From a virus, in IMG/VR virus record IMGVR_UViG_3300042197_002234, positions 96,001 to 160,000 of that record: DNA of 64,000 nt; one strand, written 5' to 3'. Each line of letters begins with the position of its first letter. Position 1 is the first letter of the stretch. The position numbers and the translations under genes are program-made. Shown in pieces: positions 1 through 10,107 of the stretch. The notes beneath the pieces are model-generated. The model was given only the letters and a program-made list of their open reading frames with translations, searched no databases and was not told the DNA's origin.

Positions 1-943
1 ATACACCTTTTATCAATTCGTGCATCAATAGTGGGAATGTCGCAGCTCTTGCTTTAACTGTTGGCGGTTCTGTGTCTGGTTCAACTTCAGTTTGACCTAG
101 TTGACCTCCACCTGAACCCGCCATACCTTCCATGTCAGGATAAACCCAATATAAGTGGTCCATTAAAGATTGTGTTACACCATAAAGACCAACTAATTCA
201 GGGTTTAATCTGTTTAATTCATCCTGTACTAAATGGAACATATAGTGACCTTTTTTAGCCGCTCCTTGAATCAAAGAGTTAATAAATCTTCTTTTAGCTC
301 TTTCCATATTGAATTTTTCAAATTCATCTACAAAATCTTCTAAATCTTCTTTGTGGTCTTCAGCTTCTTTGAACGCGTCTTCAACATCTTCTTTACTTGG
401 TTCTTCAGGTTCACTTCTCATCCCTTCGGCAGAACTCATAGGGCCAGAAACTAATTTGGCATCAAACTGTAAAGCTCCTTCAGGAATACCCATTTCTTTT
501 TTTACTAAATCTACCGCCAAATTTTCAAGATATTCTTTATTATTTCTTTCAACTGATTGTATTTTTTGTAAACCTTGCATCGCCATCATCATTAATTGCA
601 TTAATGGATTAGCTCCTTGTAAAGGTTGCGTAGTACCTAAATAATTTCTAACTTTATTTACGGAATCTTTAAATCTTTTAGATGATACAAGTTCAACAAA
701 GTCTCTATCGCCTTTTGGCATTGCGGGGTGTTCAGAATATGGTGTTTGTTTTGAAGTAATCTTTCTTTCGATACCAGGTTCCATTCTTTCAGGACCCTCA
801 TAATCAATTGGTGCTTCTTTTAAAGATTTTTTTACTTCGTTTAGTAAAGTATATTCTTTTTTAGTTAAACCTTCGTTAACTAATTTTTTTTGTAAATCGT
901 TTTTCAATTTTAAAGACTTTTCTATTTTAGTATTAAGAGCCAT
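1..943 (-). CDS. Conserved jumbo-phage hypothetical protein (acidic, probably head-assembly/virion related); 3' end runs off the window
   Basis: ATG at 943; manual translation MALNTKIEK...EAPIDYEGPERMEPGIERK...AKRRFINSLIQGAAKKGH...FPLLMHELIKGV appears open to the window edge; absent from the ORF track because it has no stop. Confidence 0.7.
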   Translation of the reverse strand, partial: MALNTKIEKSLKLKNDLQKKLVNEGLTKKEYTLLNEVKKSLKEAPIDYEGPERMEPGIERKITSKQTPYSEHPAMPKGDRDFVELVSSKRFKDSVNKVRNYLGTTQPLQGANPLMQLMMMAMQGLQKIQSVERNNKEYLENLAVDLVKKEMGIPEGALQFDAKLVSGPMSSAEGMRSEPEEPSKEDVEDAFKEAEDHKEDLEDFVDEFEKFNMERAKRRFINSLIQGAAKKGHYMFHLVQDELNRLNPELVGLYGVTQSLMDHLYWVYPDMEGMAGSGGGQLGQTEVEPDTEPPTVKARAATFPLLMHELIKGV

Positions 944-945
944 AA

Positions 946-1938
946 TTATTTTAAATTAATTCCTATTTCATCAAAAGATAACCATGTTGGTAAACTTTTT
1001 CTACCTGCTTTTGGAGCTGGTTTAACACCAGGTTTTGGTTGATACGGTGTTGCAGGTTTACTTGGTTTAGTTGGCGTATCAATGTCAATATCAGGTTTAA
1101 CAGGAGCTTCTTTACCTGCTTTAGGAGCTGGTTTAACACCTGGTTTTGGTTGATATGGAGTAGCTGGTTTACTTGGTTTAGTAGGTGTATCAACATCTGG
1201 TTTAACTTCAGGTCTTGCAGGTGCTGTTTGAGTGCCTTGTTCTTTAACCAAATTTAAAAATTCTTTTTTGGTCATTTTAGGTGTTATGTGTTTTTCAATC
1301 AATCTTAAAACTTGTTTTTCCATTTCACTTTCACCAAATGTAGGATTTATAGATACATTATTCAACTGTTTTTTTAACCCACCCGCAAAAGCTGAAGCGA
1401 CTTTCTTAGTGTAATTTGACATACCACTTTCTTTAGTTTCCTCTTTTTTCTTTTCAGGTAACTTTTTGAAGTTTTTTGTTTTTGATGCAAACTCATCAGC
1501 CATTTTACACCATTTCTTTTGTTCTTTAGTTTTTCCATCACCACATTTTGCAAAGAAATATTTTTGTTGTTTTTTGGATTCAAACTTCTCCATTAATCTT
1601 TTGTATTCCTCCTCTAATTCACCAGTTCCGTCGCCATAATTTTTAAATCCGTCGTCAGAGTCTGGACCTACTTGATGTGGGTCTTGGGTTCTTTCACCCT
1701 TTTCAAAATCCATAGGGTCTTCTTCATCCTCATATACTTCAAATGTTGACCCAGTTTGTTTAAGTTTGTCAATCTCAGCTTGATTTTTGCTGGATACCAT
1801 AACTTTTTCATTTGTTTCACCCTTAGACTCAAGTAATTTTTTATATAAAGTATTAACTTGAGATTCACTCAAATTAGTAACAGTTGATGGTTTAAGTCCG
1901 TATTGGATTAATTTTAATTGTTTTTGGTTAGTTTTCAT
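946..1938 (-). CDS. Acidic hypothetical protein with a duplicated Pro/Lys-rich C-terminal repeat (probably virion-associated)
   Basis: 330 aa ORF; two copies of DTPTKPSKPATPYQPKPGVKPAPKAG. Confidence 0.75.
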   Translation of the reverse strand: MKTNQKQLKLIQYGLKPSTVTNLSESQVNTLYKKLLESKGETNEKVMVSSKNQAEIDKLKQTGSTFEVYEDEEDPMDFEKGERTQDPHQVGPDSDDGFKNYGDGTGELEEEYKRLMEKFESKKQQKYFFAKCGDGKTKEQKKWCKMADEFASKTKNFKKLPEKKKEETKESGMSNYTKKVASAFAGGLKKQLNNVSINPTFGESEMEKQVLRLIEKHITPKMTKKEFLNLVKEQGTQTAPARPEVKPDVDTPTKPSKPATPYQPKPGVKPAPKAGKEAPVKPDIDIDTPTKPSKPATPYQPKPGVKPAPKAGRKSLPTWLSFDEIGINLK

Positions 1939-2338
1939 ATACTACCTTTGTTTCAAATTCTAAAACGATGTCACGTTCATACAATTTATCTTTTACAGAT
2001 TTTTCATCGTCACCAAATCTAAATACTAATCTGGTTTTATAATCAAAATCTATATCTTCACTTTCATTTTCCCATGCTAAGGCGATTACACCATCTATCG
2101 CATCAATCATAGAAAAAAAGTCGGAGTTTTGAACTACCGACATTGTTATCTTATCATTTTTTAGAACACCTACTTTTTTGATATGTTCTAAATTAGGTGG
2201 AAACGGGTATCCGTTTGATGGTTTTGAATCCCAATTTTCACCCCATATATTTTCTTTAGTTTCAGAAAATACAAATTCATATATGTTATCACCTTTGTAA
2301 TTAGGCCCAAGTTCATTAACATATATTAAAAAACTCAT
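1928..2338 (-). CDS. Hypothetical protein
   Basis: 136 aa ORF overlapping both neighbours in operon-like fashion. Confidence 0.7.
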   Translation of the reverse strand: MSFLIYVNELGPNYKGDNIYEFVFSETKENIWGENWDSKPSNGYPFPPNLEHIKKVGVLKNDKITMSVVQNSDFFSMIDAIDGVIALAWENESEDIDFDYKTRLVFRFGDDEKSVKDKLYERDIVLEFETKVVYEN

Positions 2339-3600
2339 AAAATTTGACCGTTTACTGAAACCTTAATTTGTTTATTTCTAATTTCAAATACTAAATTTTT
2401 ACTTTTAGTTTTACCCAATAGTTTAGCATTTGGATATTTTGAAATTAATTTTTTAGACATGATTTCTTGTGAAACTGTTTCGGATACTACTTTAATTTTG
2501 TTTAAAGTTTTCTCTTTGTGCTCAACAATTTGTTGTTTTTTAGCAATTATTTGTTTTTTCTCATTTTCAGTAATTGTAAAATATTTTTTCAAAACACTAT
2601 CAACTTTTGATTCAGTAAACATACCTTCAATCATATCAGAAATTTTCTTTTCATGTCTACTTTCTTTAGTTTCAACATCCATACCCTCTTCAACATTCGA
2701 AAATAAATCATCAACAAATTTATCAGCTGTCATTTCTTCAGCCATTTCACCTTCAGGTGCCGTTGGTTCAACAGGTTCTTCAACTTCCATATCAACATCA
2801 ACTTCTTCCTCACCACCTTCCATACCAACTTCTTCTTCAGCACCTTCTAATTTATTAACAATGTCTTCCATATCTTCTTCATCCAAATTATCTAAATTTA
2901 ATGCTGATAATACAGAATTAATAACATATTTAATATCTTTAGAAGACATTTGTTGTTCTTCATCGTCATTTAATGTTCTAATTTTTTGAGCTAATTTTCC
3001 TGTTAACTTTTGTATTGTTTTAAAAGTTACAACTTCTTCCTCACCTTCATCACCTTTATCTTCCATATCAACATCAACATCCATTTCGGTGTCAACATCC
3101 ATTTCAGGTGACGGTTCAGGAGTTGGTTTATCTACAGGTGTTTCAGGTGCGGGTGCTGGAGCGGGTGCGGGTGCTGGAGCGGGCGCCTGTTCTTTAGTTT
3201 CACCAAACTTTAAAATATATTTGGTGGCTGCTTTTTCATAAACATCGCCCTCAAACAAATTAACATTACCCTCATAACCTTCGTTTAAGTTAACTTCTTT
3301 AGCAATTAAATTAAGTCTTTTAAACGCTTGTGAATAAGAAGGATAATATTTTCTATTCTTCATAGGTTCAATATAATCCATTCCAACAGATTCGTTTAAT
3401 GATTTTTTAATTACATATCCATTTTTTTCTTTAACAATGTGGTATTTATTCCCATCGGCTAAAGTTTTTGAATAATCAATGCTCGTGTCCTCGTTTACAG
3501 GATTTGGCGTGTGTTCGTTATATCTAGAAATTTCAAGGATACGACTAATTTTATCCATTCCCTGTAATTTTTCACTTCCAATTGGTTTTAATTTTCCCAT
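2335..3600 (-). CDS. Highly acidic protein with a PA-repeat linker, possible prohead scaffold/core protein
   Basis: 421 aa, E/D-rich, (PA)n linker, upstream TATTTAT motif at 3631-3637. Confidence 0.6.
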   Translation of the reverse strand: MGKLKPIGSEKLQGMDKISRILEISRYNEHTPNPVNEDTSIDYSKTLADGNKYHIVKEKNGYVIKKSLNESVGMDYIEPMKNRKYYPSYSQAFKRLNLIAKEVNLNEGYEGNVNLFEGDVYEKAATKYILKFGETKEQAPAPAPAPAPAPAPETPVDKPTPEPSPEMDVDTEMDVDVDMEDKGDEGEEEVVTFKTIQKLTGKLAQKIRTLNDDEEQQMSSKDIKYVINSVLSALNLDNLDEEDMEDIVNKLEGAEEEVGMEGGEEEVDVDMEVEEPVEPTAPEGEMAEEMTADKFVDDLFSNVEEGMDVETKESRHEKKISDMIEGMFTESKVDSVLKKYFTITENEKKQIIAKKQQIVEHKEKTLNKIKVVSETVSQEIMSKKLISKYPNAKLLGKTKSKNLVFEIRNKQIKVSVNGQIL

Positions 3601-3675
3601 TTTAGTTTTTTTTTAAAAATTATTTTATATATAAATATACGACGAATTAAAAATGTTTGTTTTTAAGTTTCAAAC

Positions 3676-5415
3676 TTATTGCTTAAATAATGAACCTATT
3701 GTTCCACTAAATAAATTAATTAAATCGTCTTGAGTTATAGTACCTGTATTTACTGTAGGAGTTTCTGTGGATGATGGCTCTATTGTTGTTATAGTTTTAC
3801 CACCTTTTATGTATGGTTCAGGGTCCACAGGTTTACCATTTTCATACAATTCAAAGTGTAAATGAGCCCCTCCTGAATTGCCACTACCAATATCACCTTT
3901 AGCACCACCTGTTAATCCAAGAGAATCACCTTGTGCGATAGTATCACCTTTTTTAACATCTATCTTCTTTAAATGACAATATCTACTTTTTAATCCGTTT
4001 CCGTGGTCAATAAATAAAGTACCACCACAAGAATTATTTCTTATTTCAGAATCAACAACAATTCCATTCGCTGGTGAAATTACATTAGTTCCTGATGGAA
4101 CTGCAATATCAATACCACTATGTTTTTTACCCCATCTAGAGCCAAACTTACTACTAATATTTGTGCTGTTAACAGGGTTTAAAAATTTTGTTTGAACTTC
4201 TTTATATGATTCTTTAGATGCGGTTGTTTTACCCGCAAAAATTTCTTCAGAGTTTTTCAATAAATCACGTAAATGTTTTCCATATGGTAGTCCAATGTGA
4301 ACATGGGTCATGTTGTTATTATTAGTCCATTCTGAAATATCACCAATTCTATCACCTACGTTAACTTCATCACCAGGTTTTAATTCAACATTTTTTAAAT
4401 GAGTGTAAAATATATCAGGGTATCCATCACTACCTTTTATTGATACTTGGGTACCGTATACTTTACCTGAATTTTTACCTGTATCCCTAATTTTACTTAC
4501 CTTACCTTTAGTGTATGAGTTGACTAATGTACCTGCGGGAGCAAAAACATCCCAAGCGTTATCTGATTGCCAATTACCAAAAGCTCTGGACCCGTGATTT
4601 TTTGGTCCGTTTTCTAAATCAGTTTTAAAAACACCACCAATATTTGTGGTACTTTCCTTTAAAGATAATAATTTATCCGAATGTTTGTTTTGAGAATTAT
4701 ATAGTTTTTCAATATACCCATTTCTTCTTAATATTTTGAATACAATATTTTCATCGGAATATTCACCACCTTTTTCAAGACCACAAGTTCTATATTTTTT
4801 TAATTTTTCTTTATACTTTTTAAGTATTTTGTTAGCTTCTTCTATAGACTCATCTTCAATGTTTTCAACAACACCGTCGATAATATTCATCCATTGTTGA
4901 GCTTTAGATTTAATTAATTTTTTGTCTATTTTAATATTCTCTTTTTTAGGGGTAACTAACCATTCATCATTTAAAACTGAAAACACACCACTACTAAAAT
5001 GAGACTCAGATTCATTCTGAACATAAAGTTCAACATCATATCCATATATAGTAATATCATGTTTATCATTATATATTGTTTTTTTTAACCTAAAAAGTTC
5101 TTCGTATAATGGTAGTTCTTTTTTTGAAAATTGATTAAAATCGGTTAAAATATGTAAATCAATATCAGAGTATTTAGACCAATTATAATTAGCCAATGAA
5201 CCAGTCATTAAAACATCTGAAACAATAATATCAACATCTAAAAAATTTACAAATTCGTTTGCGATTTCTAATAATCTATTTCTAACTTTTGGGTTCATCA
5301 TATATGATTGACCGTCAGGGTCTCCCATATATTTTTCTTTTGGTAAATACCAAATCTTAGGATTAAGGTTGTCCTGTTGATTAAATGATGATAAGATTGA
5401 TTGTATATTACCCAT
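3676..5415 (-). CDS. Pol-beta-type nucleotidyltransferase domain fused to two M23 peptidase domains
   Basis: GSLANY..SDIDLH (GS..DxD NTase motif); first M23 with NAWD..YTH..HVH; second with HSGID..YCHL..HLH. Confidence 0.75.
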   Translation of the reverse strand: MGNIQSILSSFNQQDNLNPKIWYLPKEKYMGDPDGQSYMMNPKVRNRLLEIANEFVNFLDVDIIVSDVLMTGSLANYNWSKYSDIDLHILTDFNQFSKKELPLYEELFRLKKTIYNDKHDITIYGYDVELYVQNESESHFSSGVFSVLNDEWLVTPKKENIKIDKKLIKSKAQQWMNIIDGVVENIEDESIEEANKILKKYKEKLKKYRTCGLEKGGEYSDENIVFKILRRNGYIEKLYNSQNKHSDKLLSLKESTTNIGGVFKTDLENGPKNHGSRAFGNWQSDNAWDVFAPAGTLVNSYTKGKVSKIRDTGKNSGKVYGTQVSIKGSDGYPDIFYTHLKNVELKPGDEVNVGDRIGDISEWTNNNNMTHVHIGLPYGKHLRDLLKNSEEIFAGKTTASKESYKEVQTKFLNPVNSTNISSKFGSRWGKKHSGIDIAVPSGTNVISPANGIVVDSEIRNNSCGGTLFIDHGNGLKSRYCHLKKIDVKKGDTIAQGDSLGLTGGAKGDIGSGNSGGAHLHFELYENGKPVDPEPYIKGGKTITTIEPSSTETPTVNTGTITQDDLINLFSGTIGSLFKQ

Positions 5416-5446
5416 AATACTATAAATAGTATGGTAAATACATTTA

Positions 5447-5689
5447 TTACAACTTGGTATATTTGTATTTCTTAGAAATATCTGAACTAAAAAATTTTCC
5501 TTGAGATTCTGTCATTCTAAAACGAGTGTATATTTCGTGAGGGACAGAATCGTATTTATATTTAAGACCATTTTTAAATTCAACAATCATTTCTTTTGAT
5601 TCTGTATCGTATTCTGTTCTTACGATATTACTTGACTGGACTTCATTCAATATCTTCGTCCCAATTATCTCTTCTTTCGTTATTGCCAT
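5447..5689 (-). CDS. KTSC-domain protein
   Basis: SSNI..EYD..SKEMIVEFKNG..YKY..VP..Y......S.GKFF pattern. Confidence 0.8.
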   Translation of the reverse strand: MAITKEEIIGTKILNEVQSSNIVRTEYDTESKEMIVEFKNGLKYKYDSVPHEIYTRFRMTESQGKFFSSDISKKYKYTKL

Positions 5690-5984
5690 TTTCTAAAGGT
5701 GTTAATAAATCTATTTTATATAATTCACTTTTAAGGTAATCCGAGAAATCACTAAAGTCAACACTATCACCAAAGTAACTCTTTATTTCGGAAAACAACT
5801 CATCACGTGAATTAAGAAATCTGTGATGTAACGACATTAATTCATTTGGATAGTTGGGTGGATTTCTTAATTCATATTCGGTCCAACCCTCTCTCTGAAA
5901 AAATTTTCTAATTTTATAATAATTTTCAATTAGCTCTTTATCAGCGTTTAAAGTTTTAATGAATTTTTCCAAACGTACATTCAT
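5643..5984 (-). CDS. Hypothetical protein
   Basis: 113 aa ORF with upstream TATTTAT at 5989-5995. Confidence 0.6.
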   Translation of the reverse strand: MNVRLEKFIKTLNADKELIENYYKIRKFFQREGWTEYELRNPPNYPNELMSLHHRFLNSRDELFSEIKSYFGDSVDFSDFSDYLKSELYKIDLLTPLENGNNERRDNWDEDIE

Positions 5985-6053
5985 AACAATAAATATGAAG
6001 TAGGTTGATATTTTACCAAACTATAATTATGTTTATGTCATACATTTTATATT

Positions 6054-8096
6054 ATGATAGAATCAATGGATAATGGTAACAAAGGTAAAACACCTAAAAC
6101 AGGTTCAGAATCTTCAACTCCTGTACTTGATAACTTTAGTCGAGATTTAATTAAATTAGCTGAGCAAGGTAAGTTAGACCCTGTAATTGGTAGAGAAAGA
6201 GAAATTACAAGAATTGCTCAAATTCTATCTCGTAGAAAGAAAAATAACCCGATTATTATAGGTGAACCTGGTTGTGGTAAGACGGCAATTGTTGAGGGAT
6301 TAGCAATTAAAATTTTCAATGGAGATTGTCCTCGTAATTTAATGGATAAAAGAATTGTATCTCTCGATATGACATCGATTGTTGCGGGTACAAAATATCG
6401 TGGTCAGTTTGAGGAAAGAATGAAAGTTATTATTGAAGAGCTACAAACAACTCCAAATACAATTGTGTTTATCGATGAAATTCACACTATTGTTGGGGCA
6501 GGCAATTCTTCAGGTTCTTTAGATGCTTCAAATATTTTTAAACCCGCACTTGCTCGTGGGGAAATTCAATGCGTAGGGGCGACAACTCTTGATGAATATC
6601 GTAAGAATTTTGAAAAGGATGGGGCTTTAGAACGTCGTTTTCAAAAGGTTATTGTAGATGCTGCCACTAAAGAAGAAACATTAGAAATACTTTTAAACGC
6701 TAAAGACAAATATGAAACATTTCATAAAGTTTCATTCTCAAATGAAATATTAAAATTATGTGTGGATTTAGCAGATAGATATATAACTGACCGTGAGTTT
6801 CCCGATAAGGCTTTTGATATTATTGATGAGGTTGGAGCTCGTAGTCAGGTCGAAATTAAAATGCCTGAGATAATTGAAAAATTAAAACAGGAGGCGGCTC
6901 AGGTTAAATTAGATAAACTTGAGGTGGTTAAAAGACAGAACTATGAAGAAGCTGCAAATCTTAGAGATAAGGAAAAACGTATTCTAACCAAATTAGAAAA
7001 TGAAAAAGTTAAATTTGAACAAGAACTTTTAACAAGTAAAAAAGAAGTTTTACCTGAATTGGTTTATGAGGTTGTTTCTAACATGACCAAAATACCAATC
7101 AATAAATTAAATTCAGATGAAACTAAATCTTTATCTGAACTTGAAAATGTTTTATCAAGTAAAGTAATAGGTCAATCTGAAGCGGTGTCAAAAATTGCAA
7201 AGTCAATCCGTCGTAATAGAATCGGAATTAAAGACCCCAAAAAACCTATTGGTTCATTTATTTTCTTGGGTTCAACAGGGGTTGGTAAAACATATTTAGC
7301 AAAACAATTAGCAAAAGAGATTTTTGGTAGTGAAGATAACATGATTCGTGTGGATATGTCAGAATACCAAGAGAAACACACCATCTCACGTTTGATTGGG
7401 GCACCTCCTGGATATGTGGGATATGATGAAGGTGGTCAATTAACCGAACAGGTTAAAAACAAACCTTACTCAGTGGTTTTGTTTGATGAGATTGAAAAGG
7501 CAAATAAAGATATTTTTGCAACTCTTCTACAAGTTTTGGATGATGGTCATTTAACTGATGGTCTTGGACGTAAAATTAACTTTAAAAATTGTGTTATAAT
7601 TATGACATCAAATGTTGGTGTTAAAAAACTACAAGATTTTGGTGTTGGTGTTGGATTTGAGACGAAGGCAAGTTCTTATATTAAAGAAGAACAAAAACGA
7701 GATATGTTAAAGAAAGAACTTAAAAAGTTTTTTGCACCTGAGTTTTTAAATAGGATTGATGAAATTATTATCTTTAATTCATTGGTTAAAGATGATGTTA
7801 AAAAAATTGTTAAGATTGAACTTGAGCAATTAATAAAAAGATTGGTAGGTTTAAACTATAATGTAAAGTTTGATGACACAATTTTAGAAATGATTTCTGA
7901 AGTAGGGTTTGATGAAATGTATGGTGCTAGACCTATTAAAAGAGCAATTCAGGATAAGTTGGAGGATTTCATATCTGAAGAGATACTTAAAGGTTCTATA
8001 GTTGAAAATACCGAATATACTTTAGTTTCGGAAAACAATGAGGTAAAATTTAAGGGTGAGAACAAAAAGGGGAAAAAGAAAAAAGAGGGTGAATAA
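6054..8096 (+). CDS. clpC: ClpC/ClpB-family AAA+ ATPase lacking the N-terminal repeat domain
   Basis: Walker A GEPGCGKT and GSTGVGKT, Walker B VFIDE and LFDEIEKA, UVR middle motif QNYEEAANLRDKE. Confidence 0.9.
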   Translation: MIESMDNGNKGKTPKTGSESSTPVLDNFSRDLIKLAEQGKLDPVIGREREITRIAQILSRRKKNNPIIIGEPGCGKTAIVEGLAIKIFNGDCPRNLMDKRIVSLDMTSIVAGTKYRGQFEERMKVIIEELQTTPNTIVFIDEIHTIVGAGNSSGSLDASNIFKPALARGEIQCVGATTLDEYRKNFEKDGALERRFQKVIVDAATKEETLEILLNAKDKYETFHKVSFSNEILKLCVDLADRYITDREFPDKAFDIIDEVGARSQVEIKMPEIIEKLKQEAAQVKLDKLEVVKRQNYEEAANLRDKEKRILTKLENEKVKFEQELLTSKKEVLPELVYEVVSNMTKIPINKLNSDETKSLSELENVLSSKVIGQSEAVSKIAKSIRRNRIGIKDPKKPIGSFIFLGSTGVGKTYLAKQLAKEIFGSEDNMIRVDMSEYQEKHTISRLIGAPPGYVGYDEGGQLTEQVKNKPYSVVLFDEIEKANKDIFATLLQVLDDGHLTDGLGRKINFKNCVIIMTSNVGVKKLQDFGVGVGFETKASSYIKEEQKRDMLKKELKKFFAPEFLNRIDEIIIFNSLVKDDVKKIVKIELEQLIKRLVGLNYNVKFDDTILEMISEVGFDEMYGARPIKRAIQDKLEDFISEEILKGSIVENTEYTLVSENNEVKFKGENKKGKKKKEGE

Positions 8097-8109
8097 CCCT
8101 CTTTTTTTT
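8080..8109. terminator. Bidirectional intrinsic terminator between convergent genes
   Basis: AAAAAGAGGGT-GAATA-ACCCTCTTTTTTTT. Confidence 0.8.
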
Positions 8110-8938
8110 AATCGAATAACGAATATCTACCGTATCTTGGATTGGAGATGTATTTATATTTATCGTACCCCAAACTCTCAATGAGTTCTTTACCTGTTTT
8201 AATACCGTTATATACATCCTCAACAACTACATACTCATTTGGTGTGTGATATCTGTAATACCCAATCGCAAAATTAATACAAGAAAAGTCGAACAACTTT
8301 TTAAGCATATACACATCAGTATATGGATGTGACTCGTATCGTCTTTCTCGATTAAATGTTTCGGTCAAAACTTTATCACATTTTTCAAAGAAATTACTCG
8401 TTGAATCAAAAAGTTGAACTCCCATACAATATTGACTAACCATAGAATTGCCAGGAGCATCAAATTGAATTGCATAACCCACGTTATCAAAGAAGTTCTT
8501 ACTTGCGTTTTTGGAACCGTGGCATCCTGTTTCTTCTGAAACAAAAAAAGCCACTTTTAAATTAGGTAATTCTTTTAAAAGTTCCAAACAGGCGAAAACA
8601 CCACACTTATCGTCACCACCAATACCTGTTGGTTTTCCTTTGTCATTATAACCTTTTAACGCAAGTTTTAATTCACCTTGGTCATTAGGTAATTGTTCTT
8701 CATGAACATTAATAATATCAAGTTGGTGTACAGTATCTGTATGTGCAACAACACATGGAAAATACTCAATATTTTCATCAGTTTGTTTAGTAACATAAAT
8801 GTTGTAATAGTCATCAACCTCAAATGAAAAATTATTCTTGGTTAACCAATCAACCAAAAATTCAATCATTCTGTCTTCTTTATACGTTTTTGTTGGAACG
8901 GATAGTACATCCTTCAACAATTGATAATCTCTTTCCAT
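8108..8938 (-). CDS. M20/M28/M42-clan zinc peptidase
   Basis: AHTDTV, GGDDKCG, SEETG, QFD metal-binding motifs; start moved to MERDY at 8938, just after a TACCTTTG promoter at 8943-8950. Confidence 0.8.
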   Translation of the reverse strand: MERDYQLLKDVLSVPTKTYKEDRMIEFLVDWLTKNNFSFEVDDYYNIYVTKQTDENIEYFPCVVAHTDTVHQLDIINVHEEQLPNDQGELKLALKGYNDKGKPTGIGGDDKCGVFACLELLKELPNLKVAFFVSEETGCHGSKNASKNFFDNVGYAIQFDAPGNSMVSQYCMGVQLFDSTSNFFEKCDKVLTETFNRERRYESHPYTDVYMLKKLFDFSCINFAIGYYRYHTPNEYVVVEDVYNGIKTGKELIESLGYDKYKYISNPRYGRYSLFD

Positions 8939-8956
8939 AATACAAAGGTAAGACAA

Positions 8957-10018
8957 TTATTTCAATTTACGAAATTTTTTTTGTTCAAATAATTCAGGCT
9001 GATATAAAAACACATTAAAATCTTCGGGACTGTAACTTCTTCTATCCTGATTACTATACGGTTTTTGTGTTGCAACCATAAGTAATTGTTTTTTAACATC
9101 AACATCATAAATATTAAAAGTTAAATCAGGGTTTTTTGGGGTTTTGTACCATGTTCCAACTTTATATTTATCTAATATAGGTGATACTTCATCAATAAAC
9201 TTTTTCATGTCCACAAAATCTTCATCATCAGTTAGTTTATCCATTATTTTTTCTAATTGGTAATCAACATTTCTATCAAAACTTTCTTGGTCAAAATCAA
9301 TACAATCTTGTTCGTACATGTATTCATACCAACTACCACCAATACTAATATCTTTACCTATTTTTTCTAAAACTTCATAAATAGTTAAAGAAGTATCGTT
9401 AACCATTTTGTATAAACTTAATAATACAGATACTGTAGTGTAATAACTATAAAAACACCCTCTTGAAAATATACCATATTGTTGAAATGCTTCACAAGTT
9501 TCAGACTCAATCATTTCTGCAGCACCTCTATTTTTACAATTATTTCTTTCTGAGGTATATTCCCATTTGATTTCATCAACTTGTCTTTCAAACATTGTTT
9601 CTAACAAATTAGACGCTTGTTCAAAATCTTCATCATCTTCAAGTTTAGAATATTTTGGAGCAATTAATTTTAATATATCAGAAACTTTTGATATGTTTTC
9701 AGGTCCAAAACCTCTAATAATATATCCTTGTTTCCAATCGTCATCAACCCAATCGCTACTTTCAAACTCAAAAGTATCATAATTTGAGTATACCCCATTT
9801 GCGAACCATATATCATCATCAGATAAATCAAATAATTTCCAATAATCCTCATTATCTGAAAATCTTAACCTAACTAAACTTTTACCAGGAACTGAAGAAT
9901 TAAATCTATAACTATAAATTAAATCATCTAATCTTTCTAATTCATAGCCAGAAATTTCTTCACCATTCTTAATCTTGACTAAAGCATCGTATATTTCACT
10001 GTTGTTTGATGATTCCAT
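8957..10018 (-). CDS. Hypothetical acidic protein
   Basis: 353 aa ORF, TATTTAT at 10036-10042. Confidence 0.7.
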   Translation of the reverse strand: MESSNNSEIYDALVKIKNGEEISGYELERLDDLIYSYRFNSSVPGKSLVRLRFSDNEDYWKLFDLSDDDIWFANGVYSNYDTFEFESSDWVDDDWKQGYIIRGFGPENISKVSDILKLIAPKYSKLEDDEDFEQASNLLETMFERQVDEIKWEYTSERNNCKNRGAAEMIESETCEAFQQYGIFSRGCFYSYYTTVSVLLSLYKMVNDTSLTIYEVLEKIGKDISIGGSWYEYMYEQDCIDFDQESFDRNVDYQLEKIMDKLTDDEDFVDMKKFIDEVSPILDKYKVGTWYKTPKNPDLTFNIYDVDVKKQLLMVATQKPYSNQDRRSYSPEDFNVFLYQPELFEQKKFRKLK

Positions 10019-10073
10019 GAATATTTATCTTAACAATAAATATTAACTTATTTGGATATTCAAAAAAGTTTCG

Positions 10074-10104
10074 TATATTTGTATAAGAATTAAGTTCTTT
10101 AACA
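10074..10104 (+). promoter_or_regulatory. Bacteroidetes-type -7 promoter element plus boxA upstream of tmRNA
   Basis: TATATTTG at 10074-10081; GTTCTTTAACA at 10094-10104, 3 nt before the tmRNA. Confidence 0.7.
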
Positions 10105-10107
10105 TAT

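Noticed and set aside
309-644. Plus-strand Ser-rich ORFs (309-644, 2459-2989, 40114-40476, 40990-41232, 41369-41668)
   Set aside because: Antisense shadows of Glu/Asp-rich minus-strand genes
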